Below are positions 63,808 through 64,000 of a stretch of 64,000 nucleotides of DNA, in pieces. The stretch spans positions 5,128,988-5,192,987 of the forward strand of contig OZ257154.1 of the NCBI GenBank assembly GCA_965279325.1, read 5' to 3'. The notes beneath the pieces are model-generated. The model did not search any database and was not told the origin of the DNA. It saw only the letters and a list, made by a program, of their open reading frames with translations. How positions within the stretch are numbered: the stretch's first letter is position 1; every line of letters starts with the position of its first letter. The translations under genes were made by a program, and so were the position numbers. Origin of the DNA: Burkholderiales bacterium (GTDB taxonomy: Bacteria > Pseudomonadota > Gammaproteobacteria > Burkholderiales > Ga0077523).

Positions 63808-64000
63808 ATGTCGCACACCATCCGCATCGAAGGCACCGCCGACTCGGCCCTGGCCGAGTCGGGCGACACCGTGCTCGACGCACTGCTCATGGCGGGCGTC
63901 GGCTTCTCGTACAGCTGCCAGGCGGGCAACTGCGGTACCTGCAAGTGCGAGCTGGTGGACGGCGAGATCCTGGAGCTCGAGCACTCGGAGCACGCCCTGT
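63808..64000 (+). CDS. 2Fe-2S ferredoxin-domain protein, probably an oxygenase reductase (partial; not in ORF track)
   Basis: Manual translation MSHTIRIEG...TVLDALL.AG...YSCQAGNCGTCK. Confidence 0.82.
   Translation, partial: MSHTIRIEGTADSALAESGDTVLDALLMAGVGFSYSCQAGNCGTCKCELVDGEILELEHSEHAL

Overview
GC-rich (~68% by eye) chromosomal window, most consistent with a betaproteobacterium. About 70 genes; no rRNA, tRNA, CRISPR array, transposase or prophage was seen. Core blocks are purB-mnmA-nudJ-rluE, aceB-aceA-rraA-icd-clpS-clpA, murI, arfB and corA. Accessory metabolism includes a TRAP transporter with pcaHGBC, acetoacetate-CoA ligase, flavocytochrome c sulfide dehydrogenase (fccAB) and a PQQ dehydrogenase with a cytochrome c. 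Best candidates for undescribed biology: (1) a split-barrel protein coupled to a split-barrel/GAF/OmpR-type winged-helix regulator, facing a hemerythrin gene whose promoter carries four phased 11-bp repeats in place of a -35; (2) a LOV-GGDEF cyclase with Leu at the signalling-Gln position and a sigma28-like promoter; (3) a ~65-nt sRNA candidate with anti-Shine-Dalgarno motifs and a sigma28-like promoter; (4) a PQQ dehydrogenase with the D-x-D lanthanide motif whose vicinal Cys-Cys has moved next to the metal-binding Glu; (5) a DUF2330 + RnfD/NqrB-like gene pair. All calls are manual motif recognition with no database searches, and many starts were re-chosen relative to the ORF track.
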